DNA of 64,000 nt, taken from Dichotomicrobium sp. (lineage in GTDB: Bacteria; Pseudomonadota; Alphaproteobacteria; Rhizobiales; Rhodomicrobiaceae). The notes below the pieces were generated by a model. It worked only from the letters and a program-made list of their open reading frames with translations, had not been told where the DNA came from and did no database searches. Shown in pieces: positions 63,245-64,000 of this stretch; positions within the stretch are counted from its first letter, which is position 1, and every line of letters starts with the position of its first letter. Location of the stretch: positions 6,170-70,169 of the forward strand of contig DAIMZI010000003.1 of assembly GCA_036734025.1 (NCBI GenBank), given 5' to 3'. A program made the translations under genes and the position numbers.

Positions 63245-64000
63245 ATGAGATCGACGGTTGAGCGCCTCACCACGCTGCGCGTGTTGCTGGGCTTCCTGGG
63301 CGCGGTCATAATCCTTGCCGGCACAGCAGCCGGGGCATCGGCTTCGGAGTCTCCCGCCAGGAGCCACGGACTGTCGGCTTTCGGCGAACTCAAATACCCC
63401 ACAGACTTTAGCCATTTCGACTATGTCAATCCCGACGCACCGGTTGGCGGGCGACTGTCGATGATCGGCACGGCGGGCCGCATCACCTTCAACAGCTTCA
63501 ACGGATTCATCCTCAAGGGCGATCCCGCGCAGGGCATGGAACTGTTGTTCGACAGTCTAATGACACGCGCGCTCGACGAGCCGGATGCAGTCTATGGGCT
63601 GGTAGCGCATAGTGCCGAGCTCGCGCCCGACCGGTCTTCTGTGACATTCTTCATGCGCCCCGAGGCCCGCTTCGCCGATGGCACGCCGGTCACCGCGCAA
63701 GACGTGGTCTTTTCCTTCGACATATTGCGCTCCGAAGGCCATCCAATCTACAGCATCACCCTTGCCGATGTCCTGAAGGCCGAGGCTATCGACACGCACA
63801 CCGTGCGCTTCAGCTTTTCCGGCGCCAACACCCGCGATCTGCCTCAGACCGTCGCCACGCTGCCGATCTTTTCGGCGGCTTATTATGCCAAGCAGCCATT
63901 TTCCGAATCGACGCTTGAGCCGCCGCTCGGCTCCGGCCCATATGAGATCGCCGATTTTCGCCAGGGGCGCACCGTGACGCTGCGCCGGCGCGCCGATTAC
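63245..64000 (+). CDS. Second YejA-like family-5 substrate-binding protein, N-terminal 252 aa (3' end outside the window)
   Basis: This ORF is not in the supplied track. I translated it by hand: MRSTVERLTTLRVLLGFLGAVIILAGTAAGASA...HGLSAFGELKYPTDFSHFDYVNPDAPVGG...GSGPYEI. It is open to the window end and is a clear paralogue of the preceding gene. Confidence 0.85.
   Translation, partial: MRSTVERLTTLRVLLGFLGAVIILAGTAAGASASESPARSHGLSAFGELKYPTDFSHFDYVNPDAPVGGRLSMIGTAGRITFNSFNGFILKGDPAQGMELLFDSLMTRALDEPDAVYGLVAHSAELAPDRSSVTFFMRPEARFADGTPVTAQDVVFSFDILRSEGHPIYSITLADVLKAEAIDTHTVRFSFSGANTRDLPQTVATLPIFSAAYYAKQPFSESTLEPPLGSGPYEIADFRQGRTVTLRRRADY

Overview
This is a high-GC chromosomal segment with strong G/C third-position bias. 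Gene content and synteny look alphaproteobacterial (Hyphomicrobiales-like): ubiE-ubiB next to mutM, dapD/HAD nucleotidase/argB, pgsA-moaD-moaE, mutS-glnD, sdhE-mfd opposite recG, and CarD/CdnL. I call about 55 densely packed protein-coding genes. I found no tRNA, rRNA, CRISPR array, transposase, integrase or other mobile-element signature. The main block (23.7-33.8 kb) is an autotrophy locus. It contains divergent cbbR and a compact red-type (form IC) Calvin-cycle operon, cbbF-cbbP-cbbL-cbbS-cbbX-cbbE-cbbZ-cbbY. A flavocytochrome c sulfide dehydrogenase pair (fccAB) follows it and is visibly more AT-rich. The rest is mostly housekeeping: putA, dapD, argB, ubiEB, mutM, trxB, carD, glnD, mutS, maeB, mfd, recG, pheA, kdsB and two tandem YejA-like solute-binding proteins. 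No clear defence or mobile system is present. The items most worth a second look are:
- an uncharacterised, translationally coupled three-gene module (TelA-like helical protein, single-pass membrane protein, long coiled-coil protein; 4.8-8.3 kb);
- an orphan ClpA/B N-domain protein with a proline-rich repeat linker, a PopZ-like EEMLASIR motif and a C-terminal membrane anchor (14.2-15.7 kb);
- a cNMP-binding/patatin-like protein whose GxSxG nucleophile serine is replaced by glycine (56.6-58.4 kb);
- an AT-rich islet encoding a 43-aa secreted peptide (56.1-56.5 kb);
- an 18-bp tandem repeat array in the trxB promoter region (37.04-37.11 kb);
- an unusually long, structured intergenic region upstream of carD.
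All functional calls rest on my reading of the translated ORFs and on motif recognition. No database search was run. Start codons were refined by eye from RBS and N-terminal conservation and may be off.
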